From an uncultured Chloroflexia bacterium (GTDB lineage: Bacteria > Chloroflexota > Anaerolineae > B4-G1 > SLSP01): a DNA stretch of 64,000 bases. Each line of letters starts with the position of its first letter. Positions within the stretch are counted from its first letter, which is position 1. The stretch is taken from contig CAVVUS010000021.1 in the NCBI GenBank assembly GCA_963751345.1, positions 65,693 through 129,692 on the forward strand. Reading direction: 5' to 3'. Made by a program: the position numbers and the translations under genes. Positions 20,359 through 30,904 of this stretch are shown piece after piece. The notes beneath the pieces are model-generated. The model saw only the letters and a list, made by a program, of their open reading frames with translations, had not been told where the DNA came from and made no database searches.

Positions 20359-21337
20359 TCAGTGATCGCTCAACTCCGCCTCGGCACGCTCCATCAGCGC
20401 CCGCATATAGCCGATGGCATACGCGGTGCCGCTGCCCTTGGCGTAGTCTCCGACAAACCGTGGGGTATGATCCAGCGTCATCGATCCGGCATAGCCCACC
20501 TCACAGAAGGTTCTCATCACCTGGTACATATCCATGTAGCCGTCATCGAGGAAGGTCTCGTTGAAGACCGGCAGCGGCGACGTCACGTTGCGGAAGTGGA
20601 CGATGAAGATCTTGTCCATCTCGTGGAAGTGGCGGATGCCATCCAGCACGTTGCCGAACTGCTCGCCGCCCTCAAGCCAACATCCAACGCAGAACTCCAT
20701 GCCCAGGTAGGGACTATCGGCGATGGCGAAGGCACGATCATAGGATGCCCAATCCCGGATGAGGCACGGAATGCCGCCCAGGGCGTCGGTCGGTGGATCG
20801 TTCGGATGCAGGGCCAGCCTGACGTCAGCCTCCTCACACACCGGGATCATTCGCTCGGATGAAGTATTCGAAGTTCTCCCAGATCTCGTCCTTGGTGTAG
20901 ACCCGATCGTGGGTGAGAGGTCGCTGCTTCATCTCCGCCAGATCGACGTAGCGGGCCTGGGCGCCGCCGCGCGTCGTGCGGGGCTGCGAGCTCCAGACCT
21001 GGTCGGGCTCCCACGTGAACGTCGTATACCGGATACCCGCGCGTCCCAGGTTCCGAACGAAGTCCTGGAACTGCGCGATGACGGCATCGCGTCCGGGCAG
21101 ACCCAGGTGGATCTTGTCCGACTTGCCGACGTCCATATTGCCGGTCATATAGAGTTCGAGCCCTGCGCCCTCGACCTTCTCCCGCAGTCTCGAAAGGAAC
21201 TCGTAGCTCCGCTGCTCGGGTCGCACCCAGGTGTAGACGCACGGAACGCCAAGCTGCGCCGCGAACTTCAGCTCTTCTTCGTCGGCTTCGGGCCGAATAG
21301 CCATCGAGAACTTCACTTTGCATCCCATCGTCGCCAC
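20359..21337 (-). CDS. uxuA: Mannonate dehydratase (UxuA family), frameshift near 20845
   Basis: DKIHLGLPGRD, IWENFEYF, LALHPNDPP, VHFRNV and DHTP motifs. Confidence 0.75.
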
Positions 21338-21464
21338 CTCCGAGCTGTAGGATCATAGCGTTGCGCAAGTGTACGAACATCCGCGCATTCCCGCAAGGAA
21401 GCCCGACGCCCACGGTGAACCCAAGGACGGTTGTTGATGACCCGCTCTATGGTAATATCGCGCT

Positions 21465-21959
21465 ATGGATCAACCTACGCTGGCCAAGGACGTGCAAGCA
21501 CAGATCAAGAGCGGCGACCCGATCGCCCTGGTCTACCTATTCGGATCACGGGCTGATGAGGCAGCTCTTGACCGCCTTGGGCCTATGAGTGACTATGACT
21601 TCGCCCTGTTGATCGACCGTGATGACGATGGCAGGCAACTCAAAGCAGATTTCGCTCATGCGATGGCGACGCTGCTTGAGACAGAGGCTATCGACGTGGT
21701 GCTGTTGAGTAACGCTCCCATCGAACTGGCCTATGCCATCATCGCGAAGGGAAAGGTGCTCTATCAGCGCGATACCGCGACCCGCGTGGAGTATGAGGCA
21801 TACGTGATGGGGCGCTATGGCGATTACCTGCCCGTCCTACGTGCTCAGCGCCGAGAGATCCTGGAGGGGGCCGACTATGGAAAGAGAGTTCAGCGGTATC
21901 GAGAGGCGCTTGGACGAACTCGACGAACGCTTGGCAAGATTGCGCCCGATCCAGACTGA
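21465..21959 (+). CDS. MntA-type minimal nucleotidyltransferase antitoxin
   Basis: YLFGSRA...SDYDFA...IDVVLL (GSX10DXD-like); directly upstream of a HEPN gene. Confidence 0.85.
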   Translation: MDQPTLAKDVQAQIKSGDPIALVYLFGSRADEAALDRLGPMSDYDFALLIDRDDDGRQLKADFAHAMATLLETEAIDVVLLSNAPIELAYAIIAKGKVLYQRDTATRVEYEAYVMGRYGDYLPVLRAQRREILEGADYGKRVQRYREALGRTRRTLGKIAPDPD

Positions 21960-22314
21960 GTCACGCGCTATATTTGATCAAGATCTATATCTGCGTGATA
22001 TTGTCGAGCGCAACCTCGAGATTGCGGCACAATGCTGCATCGACATCTGCCACCGAATTATCGCCCTCGAGGGGGCAGAAAAGCCGATAGATTACCACGA
22101 TGCTATCGTGCGCGTAGGACAGCTCGGCGTGTTGCCGCCCGAATTCGCCAGGGAGTTGGCGCCCATTGCGGGTTTCCGAAACATCCTCGTGCACGAATAC
22201 GTTCAGTTGAATTGGGACGAGGTCTACCGCAATCTCCAGCAACTGGGTGACCTGGAGCGGTTTGCGGATCTGGTACGACACTGGTTATTGGAGAAAGACA
22301 AGAATAATGACTGA
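21877..22314 (+). CDS. HepT/DUF86 HEPN ribonuclease toxin
   Basis: ERNLEIAAQCCIDI and GFRNILVHEY (RX4H plus the Tyr modification site). Confidence 0.88.
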   Translation: MEREFSGIERRLDELDERLARLRPIQTESRAIFDQDLYLRDIVERNLEIAAQCCIDICHRIIALEGAEKPIDYHDAIVRVGQLGVLPPEFARELAPIAGFRNILVHEYVQLNWDEVYRNLQQLGDLERFADLVRHWLLEKDKNND

Positions 22315-23765
22315 ATCGATCCACCTTACATTGGACAATCTTGACGAGATCCTGGCGGGCAAGCTCGACCCGGAGCAGACCGCGCGGGTGAAGACGCTCT
22401 TCCTCAAGCGCCTGTCCGAGCAGGCACACCGCCTCTACCGTGGCAAGATGCAGACGGTGCCCAAGGCCGGGGTCTTCGGCTTCAACTGGTTCAACGTCTG
22501 GTACACGCCGGGCGTCTCCGCGATCTCGACGGCGATCCGCGACGACAACGATAGCTCCTACGAGCTCTCAAATCGCGGCAACCTCGTCGCCATCGTCAGC
22601 GACTCGACCCGCGTCCTGGGCGACGGCGACGTGACGCCGCCCGGTGGCCTCGGCGTGATGGAGGGCAAGGCCTTCCTGATGAAGATCCTGGGTGGCATCG
22701 ACGCGACCGCGCTGTGCATCGACAGCCGCGACGCGACCGGCGCGCACTCCGCCGACAAGATCATCGACTTCGTGCGGATGGTCCAGCCCAGCTTCGGGGC
22801 CATCAACCTGGAGGACATCTCGCAGCCCAACTGCTTCAAGGTGCTCGACACGCTGCGCGAGACGTGCGACATCCCCGTCTGGCACGACGACGCCCAGGGC
22901 ACAGCCTCTGTGACGCTCGCCGGACTGATCAACGCGCTGAAGTTGGTGGACAAGCCGATGTCCGAGGCGAAGATGGTCTTCCTGGGCGCGGGCGCGTCGA
23001 ATACGACGATCGTCCGGATCATCATCGCCGCCGGGGGAAATCCCGAGCGGATGGTCGTCTTCGACTCCAAGGGCGGGCTCCACACAGGACGGGCCGACAT
23101 CGAGGCCGATCCCCGCTTCTACCGCAAGTGGGAGCTATGCCAACAGACCAACCCCGGTCACATCGACGACTTCGACACGGCGATGACCGGCGCCGACGTC
23201 CTCATCGCTGCCTCCCGGCCCGGCCCGGGCATCGTGAGCCCGGCGTCGGTGAGCCTGATGGCGCCGAAGTCCATCGTCTTCGCCTGCGCCAACCCCGTGC
23301 CCGAGATCTATCCCTACGAGGCGAAGGAAGCCGGTGCCACCATCGTCGCCACGGGTCGCGGCGACTTCCCGAATCAGGTGAACAACTCGGTGGGCTTCCC
23401 CGGCATTCTCAAGGGTGCGCTCCTGGCACGTGCGCGCGCCGTCTCCGATGGCATGGCGATTGCCGCCGCCAGATCGCTGGCCGGTTTTGCCGAACGGCGC
23501 GGGCATCGACCCCGAGAACATCATCGCACGGATGGACGAACCGGACGTCTTCCCGACCGAAGCCGCCGACGTGGCGATGCAGGCGGTGAAGGAAGGGCTC
23601 GCGCGGATCAAGATCACCCACGACGAAGCCTTCGCCCAAGCCGAGGCGGATATCGCGTCGGCCCGCAAGACCGTTGACACGCTGATCGCGGAGGGCCTGA
23701 TCGCGCAGCCACCCCAGTCCATGCTGCAGGACGCGCTCGACTGGGCGCTCGCGCAGGTCGAGTAG
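22307..23765 (+). CDS. NAD(P)-dependent malic enzyme (frameshift near 23500)
   Basis: YTPGV, VMEGKA, NLEDISQP, HDDAQGT, ANPVPEI and TGRGDFPNQVNN. Confidence 0.9.
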
Positions 23766-23784
23766 CTGCATATCGGGAGGCACC

Positions 23785-25132
23785 GTGGTCCATATCACCG
23801 TGAGGCCGCAGGAGCAACTCGGTCCGCTGGAACTCTGGCGTCACACGATCGGGCACGGCGGCATCAACCCGTTGCCGCTGCCCGATCGTGTAGTCCGCGG
23901 GACGGCAGCGCTTGAGCCGCGGTTGGTTCGCATCTTCATCCAGGAGTTCTTCCAGGTCTACCCGGATCACGGTCGATTCGACTGGTCGCGCCTCGATCCC
24001 TACATGGATGCTCTAGCACGAACCGGAGCGCACGTCGTCGCGGCCATCACGATCAAGCCGCCTCCTCTCTACCCTACGATAGACCACAACCTTTGGCGGC
24101 CCACAGACGTAGGCGAATGGCAAGCGGTCATTCGCGCGCTGGTGCAGCGCTACTCGGTCGAGAAACCGATCGTGACCCATTGGGAGATCGGGAACGAGCC
24201 CGATATTGGAGAGGCCGGTGGCTCGCCCTATCGGATACAAGATCCGGCGGCCTATGCCGAATACTACGAGTATCACGGCGCGCGCGGTGCTCGAAGCCTT
24301 TCCGCAAGCCAAAGTGGGCGGCCCGGCGATGGCGGAGATGCACGCTGAACCTTTGCTCGGGCTGCTCAGACACTGTGCACGAACCGGCACACGGCTCGAC
24401 TTTCTGAGCTGGCATCTCTATCACAGCGACCCGGGACGCCACGGGTATCTCACGCGCGTTGCGCGCATGCTGGCGAAAGAAGCAGGGCTGCATCCCGAGC
24501 TGATGGTGACCGAATGGAGTTGCGACTTTCCTCCGGTCAGCGTCGAGGACGATGCCTACGTCCCGCGGCGAGCGGCGCTCGTCGCCGCGGCGATCATCGA
24601 GATGCGCGCCGCGGGCCTCGACCGGTCGTTCTACTACCACCTCTGGGACCAGGTCTGTGACCCCGGCGATTTCGCGCCATTCTTCTCGGAGCGCGGTGTT
24701 GCAGCGATGGTCCGGCACTGGAATGAGATCCCCCACCGCTTCGGCCTCTTCGGCGTCAACGGTGACGTGAGACCGCAGTATTTCGTCTTCAAGATGCTCT
24801 CGCGCCTCGGCGACGAAGCCATCGCGGTCCACTCGGACAACCGCAACATCCGCGCCATCGCCGGTACCGGGCCCCAAGGGGTGTCGCTCGTGATGGTCAA
24901 TCACGGACTCGACGTGAACCAGGACGAGGTCGCGACGCTGGAGGTCTCCGGCCTGGCACCCGGACCTCGACGATTGACGGTCCGCCGCATTGACGAGGAG
25001 CGACGCTGGAACGCCCTTGATCTTGAGCTGATACCGGTGGAGCAGCGCGACACCTACGTCTTGAGTGACTACGAATGCCAGGTCTTGCTGCCGGCCAACA
25101 GCGTGACGATGGTCACGCTATCGCCTCTGTAG
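23785..25132 (+). CDS. GH39-like glycoside hydrolase (frameshift near 24265)
   Basis: WEIGNEP acid/base, KVGGP, DFLSWHLY and VTEW nucleophile. Confidence 0.78.
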
Positions 25133-25151
25133 CGAAATCGAGGGGGACGCG

Positions 25152-25785
25152 ATGCGTGATCTGATTATCCTTGGCGCGGGACCCCACGCGCAGGAGATGA
25201 CGGATATTGTCCGCCAGATTAACGAGCGGGAGCCTACCTGGCGCCTGCTGGGGTTCCTCGTGCCTGACGCACAAGCCGACCAGGTGGGGCAGCCGACGGG
25301 CAGCGGCTATGAGGTGCTCGGATACCTACGCAGCGCTGGCGGGGTACGGTGGCGCGTCCTTTGCCATGGAATATGGCTGCGGTCAACCCGATATCCCCCG
25401 CGAACGAATCATCTCACTGATAGCGCCCACAGCATTCGTGGCGCACACGGCGACCATCGGCGCAGGATGTGTGATCTACCCCGGCTGCTTCGTGGGACAC
25501 AATGCCGTGTTGGGCGACCGAGTCTTTGCCCTGAGCGGGGCCGTCATCAACCACGACAACCTTCTCGAGGACGATGTCACGGTCTGCACCAACGTGAGCC
25601 TCGCCGGCTTCGTCCACGTGGAGTCGGGATGCTACCTCGGTCAGGCGTGCAACATCCGCCAATACCTCCGGATCGGTAAGGGCAGCCTCATCGGGATGGG
25701 AAGTGTGGTACTGCACGACGTTCCGCCGAACAGCGTGATGGTAGGCAATCCGGCACGGCGCCTGCGGGCGAGAGAGAGCAAGTGA
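25152..25785 (+). CDS. NeuD/PglD-type sugar O-acetyltransferase (hexapeptide repeat), frameshift near 25320
   Basis: LIILGAGPHA N-terminus, INHD and IGMGSVVLHDVP...VGNPAR. Confidence 0.82.
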
Positions 25786-25949
25786 ATGACCCGCTGCGTG
25801 GGGAAGCGTCCAAGCTGATGGCTCGGTACGCACGAAGAGAGGCGCTGATCGAAGGATTCCCCTATACCAGCGCCTCTCTGATGCAAATTCTGTTTATATC
25901 AGCCTACGCTTAGCATCGAGCCTCACGGGAGCCGACGTACGGCGACCTC

Positions 25950-26141
25950 CTAGAGAGCGTACGCGCACTCGCGTGAACTGAGCGATCCCTCAGGCAAGAA
26001 CGAACGGATCGTGCAACTCACACTGTCAAGTACGTCTGCTAAGGGACGCCGCGAAATCGCAAGCCTGATTGGCTCTCGCTTACCCGCAAACGATCGTGCC
26101 CACCGTTGTTGCGACTCGCGTGCACACTGAAGCATATCCAT
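25950..26141 (-). CDS. Small orphan protein (63 aa) with its own promoter
   Basis: AAAGGAG RBS before ATG 26141; near-consensus promoter about 65 bp upstream. Confidence 0.5.
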   Translation of the reverse strand: MDMLQCARESQQRWARSFAGKREPIRLAISRRPLADVLDSVSCTIRSFLPEGSLSSRECAYAL

Positions 26142-26207
26142 GGCCGACTCCTTTCCCGAAGTGGCTCCGACAACTCATAGTGGTCACGTCACGTCACTTA
26201 TTTGCTA

Positions 26208-26236
26208 TTTATATCATAAATATATCGTCTTGTCAA
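26208..26236 (-). promoter_or_regulatory. Near-consensus sigma70 promoter
   Basis: TTGACA-17 bp-TATAAA with extended TG, inside an AT-rich patch. Confidence 0.75.
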
Positions 26237-26244
26237 TGGCGCCG

Positions 26245-26625
26245 TCACGCCATACTCCGCCGCGGGCCTCGGAAGAGGGCCACCGCGTACACGACCAGAA
26301 GCCCGCTGCGTAACACTACGGTCCCCCATCCCATCAGACTTACCACCCCTGTGAGCTGGGCAATCCAGACAAGGACGACGCTGACGAGATAGTAGGCGAA
26401 CATCGTGATGACTGTGGTTCGGTGCACGGCTGGGTCAGAACTCGACCGGGCGGCCCACAGAAGCACGACGAGCGCAAACAGTGCTGATCCAAACAGTCTG
26501 GTCAACAGAACACCAAAAGGATCCAGCATTTCGCCAAAGAGCCCCATCATCGTAGCCGGTATGCCAACTAGCCCGATAACAAAGAAGAGCTCAATGACAA
26601 ACGTAACGGTAAACAGCGTCTTCAT
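26245..26625 (-). CDS. Four-helix membrane hypothetical protein
   Basis: MKTLFTVTFVIELFF...; four hydrophobic segments; GGGAGG RBS. Confidence 0.7.
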   Translation of the reverse strand: MKTLFTVTFVIELFFVIGLVGIPATMMGLFGEMLDPFGVLLTRLFGSALFALVVLLWAARSSSDPAVHRTTVITMFAYYLVSVVLVWIAQLTGVVSLMGWGTVVLRSGLLVVYAVALFRGPRRSMA

Positions 26626-26832
26626 CGCAGCCTCCCGGACCATGCGCCCTCAACCGGCACGAGCATCCGGGTGGTGACCGGGAGGCGCGGACCCGGTGCA
26701 AGCCACCCAACCTATTATGCTCCGGAAACCAACGCCCGGAGGGACGGGGCCGGTTGGGCTTAGTTGGCTTCGGGTTGGCGGCCGCGCAGTTGGAGCCTGA
26801 CAAGCGGCGACGGAGTCAGCGTTGACGCCGGA

Positions 26833-28224
26833 TCAGGGGCTCGGCTCGGCCCGCACGGCCCAGGTGTCGAACACCTGGGACCAATCGATGTATCCGTAGT
26901 AGCCGAACCACGGCTCGCCGGGACCGGGGAGCGGGCCAATCGCGTCGACGACGCGCTCGGGTACGCCGCTTGAGAGGTCGAGCCACCAGAGAGAGGCCCG
27001 GCTTTGGGCGTCCATCCGGGCGAAGAGCAGGGCACTGCCATCGGGTGACCAAGTGGGTCGTTCGTCGCGGAAGACGGCGTCGTCGGTAAGCTGCACAGGC
27101 CCGGAGGCGTCTGGGCGGATAAGCCAGATTCGGCGCCCATCCAGCGCCTCGCGGGCTGCATCACCGCCGGTGACGTCGGGGACATCGGGCGTCGCCGCGT
27201 AGGCGAGCTGTGTGCCGTCGGGCGACCACGAGGGCGACGTGACGGCCTGCACTACCGGCGTGGAGAGCTCGACCTGGCCACTGTCAACATCCTCGACGCG
27301 AAGTACTTTGTTCGCCCAAGTGTTGCGTCCGCCCCCTTCGACAATCGCTACCAGGCCGGGCGCGCCGGCAGGTGCCGGGACCACAAAGTCCTCATGGAAC
27401 AGGACGGCATCCCCTAACACGATGGGCGCGCCACCCTCGGCGGGCAGCGCGTAGAGCGGCACGCCGTCAGCAAGCGCGGAGGCGGACACGACTTCCCCCT
27501 GCCAGAACAGAAGATACCTCCCATCGACCGTCCAGCTTGCCGGCAGGGCCTCACCCATCTCAGGAACCCCACTGGCATAGAGCTCGGTCGTCGGCCCGCC
27601 GGTTGCAGGCACGGTCCATATCCCCTGGTCACTTGTCCCCTGCCGCCACTCGTAGGCGATCGTCTCCCCGTCCGGACGCCACGCGATCCGACCGAGCTGC
27701 CCCTCGACCCCGAGCGACGGAGGAATCACCGCGTATTCCTGGGCGGTCGCGGGGTTGACGATCATCATACGGGGAACGCCCGAACCAATGACGTAGGCCA
27801 AGAGATCCCGGCTCGGGGCCCATGCGAACTCGTCCACCGGCCTGGCCCACGCCAGATTGTCTCCCGCGACGGTGTCAACGGTCCTCAACTCGATGTCCTC
27901 CAGGTAGGCCACGTAGCGACCCGAGGGTGACCAGAGGGGCGCCGAAGCCAGCCCGTTATTCGTGAGTCGCGTAGGCACCCCCTCGGGGAGATCCTTGACC
28001 CACAGATCGCCGTTGAGCACGTACGCCACTTTTCCTCCGCCTGCTGACTGTACCAACGGTGTGACAGTGACCGTGGGCTCCACCTGAGCTGAAGTTGGCG
28101 TAGTCGATAGCGACGGGGACACCGATGGCTGCGGCTGGCCCGCCGAGTTGCCGGTACACGCCGTGGTAACCAGCAGCAGAACAGCCAGAGGGAAAATCAC
28201 AGACGGATGGAATCGCTTGAGCAT
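26833..28224 (-). CDS. TolB-like beta-propeller (PD40 repeat) lipoprotein
   Basis: Lipobox LVTTAC, Pro/Thr-rich linker and repeated PxWSPDG motifs. Confidence 0.85.
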   Translation of the reverse strand: MLKRFHPSVIFPLAVLLLVTTACTGNSAGQPQPSVSPSLSTTPTSAQVEPTVTVTPLVQSAGGGKVAYVLNGDLWVKDLPEGVPTRLTNNGLASAPLWSPSGRYVAYLEDIELRTVDTVAGDNLAWARPVDEFAWAPSRDLLAYVIGSGVPRMMIVNPATAQEYAVIPPSLGVEGQLGRIAWRPDGETIAYEWRQGTSDQGIWTVPATGGPTTELYASGVPEMGEALPASWTVDGRYLLFWQGEVVSASALADGVPLYALPAEGGAPIVLGDAVLFHEDFVVPAPAGAPGLVAIVEGGGRNTWANKVLRVEDVDSGQVELSTPVVQAVTSPSWSPDGTQLAYAATPDVPDVTGGDAAREALDGRRIWLIRPDASGPVQLTDDAVFRDERPTWSPDGSALLFARMDAQSRASLWWLDLSSGVPERVVDAIGPLPGPGEPWFGYYGYIDWSQVFDTWAVRAEPSP

Positions 28225-28314
28225 TTCCGGTCTCCTTGGTCACAGATCTCAGGATCGATCATAGCACCGGGTAGGTCGCGGGCAATGCCGGACCGGCGAG
28301 ACTGCGGCTGTTAC

Positions 28315-28342
28315 TTGACACCGCGCCAGTCACCGGTACACT
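28315..28342 (+). promoter_or_regulatory. Putative sigma70 promoter for the HAD-GDPD-LacI unit
   Basis: TTGACA-16 bp-TACACT. Confidence 0.45.
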
Positions 28343-28381
28343 GTATGCACACGTGTGCATACGGATCAGAAAGGCGACAGT

Positions 28382-28957
28382 ATGACACGATCCGATCACG
28401 GGCTGCTGGCGGTTTTCTTCGACCTTGGTGACACCATCATGATCGAGGAGACCGAGGTCAAGGATGCGGAGGAGACGACGTTGGAGGCGGAGTTGGTCCC
28501 TGACGTGGCTGCGCTCCTGCAGGATCTCGACGCACACGGCATTCCCCTGGCCCTCGTTGCCGACAGCCGTCCCAATACGCCCCCGAACGTCCTGCGCCAG
28601 CACAATCTGCTGGATCTCTTTGCCGCCGTCGTAATCTCAGAGGTCGTCGGCGTCAGCAAGCCTGACCCGCGCATTTTCCAGGTCGCACTGGACGCCCTGT
28701 CCATTCCCGACGATGCCCACGACCGCGTCGCGATGGTGGGCAACAATCTAGAGCGAGACATCGTTGGGGCCAACCGGCTGGGATTGCTCTCGGTCTTCTT
28801 TCAGTGGAACGAGCGCCGTCGTACAGAGCCGCAGACGTCCGACGAGATTCCCGACTTCACCGTGCACACGGTCGCAGCGCTCCGCAACGTGCTGTTCAGC
28901 CTCGATCGAATCGTGCGCCCGGCGCCCACCGATTCAAAGGATGTGTTTCCACGATGA
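28382..28957 (+). CDS. HAD family hydrolase/phosphatase
   Basis: FFDLGDT, SKPDPRIF and MVGNNLERDIVGA. Confidence 0.85.
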   Translation: MTRSDHGLLAVFFDLGDTIMIEETEVKDAEETTLEAELVPDVAALLQDLDAHGIPLALVADSRPNTPPNVLRQHNLLDLFAAVVISEVVGVSKPDPRIFQVALDALSIPDDAHDRVAMVGNNLERDIVGANRLGLLSVFFQWNERRRTEPQTSDEIPDFTVHTVAALRNVLFSLDRIVRPAPTDSKDVFPR

Positions 28958-29766
28958 ATGCGCCAATCGCCGTGCCCTCCCGGCCTCATAGAATTGAGAT
29001 CGTGTGTCATAAAGGCGCCAACGCGGTAGCCCCTGAGAATACGTACGCGGCGGCCGGCCAGTGTATCGCGTGGGGTGCCGGTACGGTCGAGGTGGACGTC
29101 TGGACCAGCCGCGACGGCGAGATGGTCCTGCTCCACGACGCCACCGTGGATCGAACGACCGACGGCAAGGGCCACGCGCTTGCACTCACAGCAGATGAAC
29201 TGACGCAGCTCGACGCGGGGAGTTGGTTCGACCCGGCTTTCAAGGACGAGCGGATTCCGAAGTTGTCCGACTTCCTCCGATGGATTAAGGGCAAGGCCAG
29301 GATCTTCATCGACGTGAAGTTCGCCCATCCGCAGCAGCTCATCGACCTGCTCTACGCCACCGGGATGCAAGACAACTGCTTTCTCTGGTCGGGAAGCGAC
29401 GAATTGATGAAGCTGTTCCACGAACTGGACCCGGCGATTGCGCTCAAGATCAACGTGAGTTCCGCGGAGGACGTGATCTCGGCAGAGAAGGAGTTCGGCG
29501 CCCGAATCGTGGAGGTCTCGCTCGACGACATGAGCGAGGCGCTGGTCAAAACGTGTCACGACCGTGGTATCCAACTGATGATCTTCGAGAAGGATCCCAA
29601 GCGGTTCCCGGAGGTCATCGCGTGGCAACCGGATATGGTCAACCTGGATCACGCGGATGCGTTTATGAGACGTTGGAACGTTGCCACGTTTGAACGTTAT
29701 CACGTTGGGCAATCCGACGTTGAAACGTGTCAACGTGCCAACGTTCACCGAGTGTTCTATGAATGA
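28954..29766 (+). CDS. Glycerophosphodiester phosphodiesterase
   Basis: CHKGA...PENT, EVDV and HDATVDRTTDG; the C-terminal tail is encoded by an ACGT repeat array. Confidence 0.88.
   Translation: MNAPIAVPSRPHRIEIVCHKGANAVAPENTYAAAGQCIAWGAGTVEVDVWTSRDGEMVLLHDATVDRTTDGKGHALALTADELTQLDAGSWFDPAFKDERIPKLSDFLRWIKGKARIFIDVKFAHPQQLIDLLYATGMQDNCFLWSGSDELMKLFHELDPAIALKINVSSAEDVISAEKEFGARIVEVSLDDMSEALVKTCHDRGIQLMIFEKDPKRFPEVIAWQPDMVNLDHADAFMRRWNVATFERYHVGQSDVETCQRANVHRVFYE
29669..29747. repeat. 8-bp-period array with ACGT cores (9 units)
   Basis: ACGT at 29670, 29678, 29686, 29694, 29702, then 29717, 29725, 29733, 29741. Confidence 0.85.
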
Positions 29767-30809
29767 ATCCGAGGATAGGCTAGAACGTCCCGAGCGAGTC
29801 TCAATCAAGGATATCGCCCAGGCGATGGGTATCTCGCATTCGACGGTCTCCCGCGCGCTGAACGATAGCGAGTCTGGTGAAGGAGGCGACACGCGAGCGC
29901 ATCAAGGCCCTGGCGATCGATATGGGTTATATCCCCAACGCCGTGGCCCGCAGCCTCAAAGCCCAGCGCAGTGGCACCGTGGGTCTCGTGATGACCTCGT
30001 TGACCGATCCTTTCTTCGCGGAAGTGATGGCGGGCGTCGATGAGGTGGGAGCGCAGGCAGGCCTCAGTATGTTCGTGGCGGCATCGCATAACGACCCCGA
30101 GCGCGAGATGGAGATTGTCGAGACGTTCCATCGCCGCAGGGTGGACGGCATCATTGTCGCAGCTTCACGGCTCAGCAGCCGGTATCGAGAGCGGTTGGAG
30201 CGCATCCGCGTCCCCATTGTCGTCGTCAATCAGCACACCGACGAGAGCCCGGAGTTCCGCGCCGTGGCCTTCGATGAATACGGCGGCGCGCGTCTTGCGG
30301 TAGGCCATTTACTCTCGCTTGGACACCGGCGGATCGGATATCTGGGCCTGGGCAACCGGCAACGCTCGAACCGCCTGCGACTAAGCGGCTATCGCGACGC
30401 CCTGCATGAGGCCGGCCTCACCCCCGGCCCTGCCTGGGCTATGGTCGTGCCCGAAGCCGACATCCGAGAGCAGGGCGACACGGAGGTTGGCCGGCGCGCC
30501 CTCCCCGCCCTTCTGGATGCGGGCGTGACGGCCATCTTCTGCTACAACGATCGGGTGGCCGTAGGGGCGCTGCTGACGTGCCGGGCACGGGACTTGAGGG
30601 TACCCGAGGATCTCAGCATCGTTGGCTTTGACGACATCGAGTTCACCCGATGGGTCAGCCCTCCCCTCACCACGGTGCGGCAGCCCAAGCTGGCCATGGG
30701 GCACAGAGCAATGGCGCTGATGTTGGACTTGCTGGAAGGCCGCGAGGGCGAGGATGCTCTGTTGGCGCCCACGCTCGTGGTGCGTGAGAGCACCGCACCG
30801 CCGCCGTGA
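29760..30809 (+). CDS. LacI family transcriptional regulator (frameshift near 29875)
   Basis: VSIKDIAQAMGISHSTVSRALN HTH, YIPNAVARSL, SIVGFDD and PLTTVRQP. Confidence 0.92.
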
Positions 30810-30812
30810 CCC

Positions 30813-30872
30813 AGACCTTTGGGGTTTTCCTGTCGAGAAGATACTTGCTCGGCAAGAAAACCCCAAAGGTCT
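30813..30872. repeat. REP-like long inverted repeat
   Basis: AGACCTTTGGGGTTTTC ... GAAAACCCCAAAGGTCT (17-bp perfect arms). Confidence 0.8.
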
Positions 30873-30904
30873 TAGACGGTACTGTTTGACCCCATGGAGG
30901 TGAT

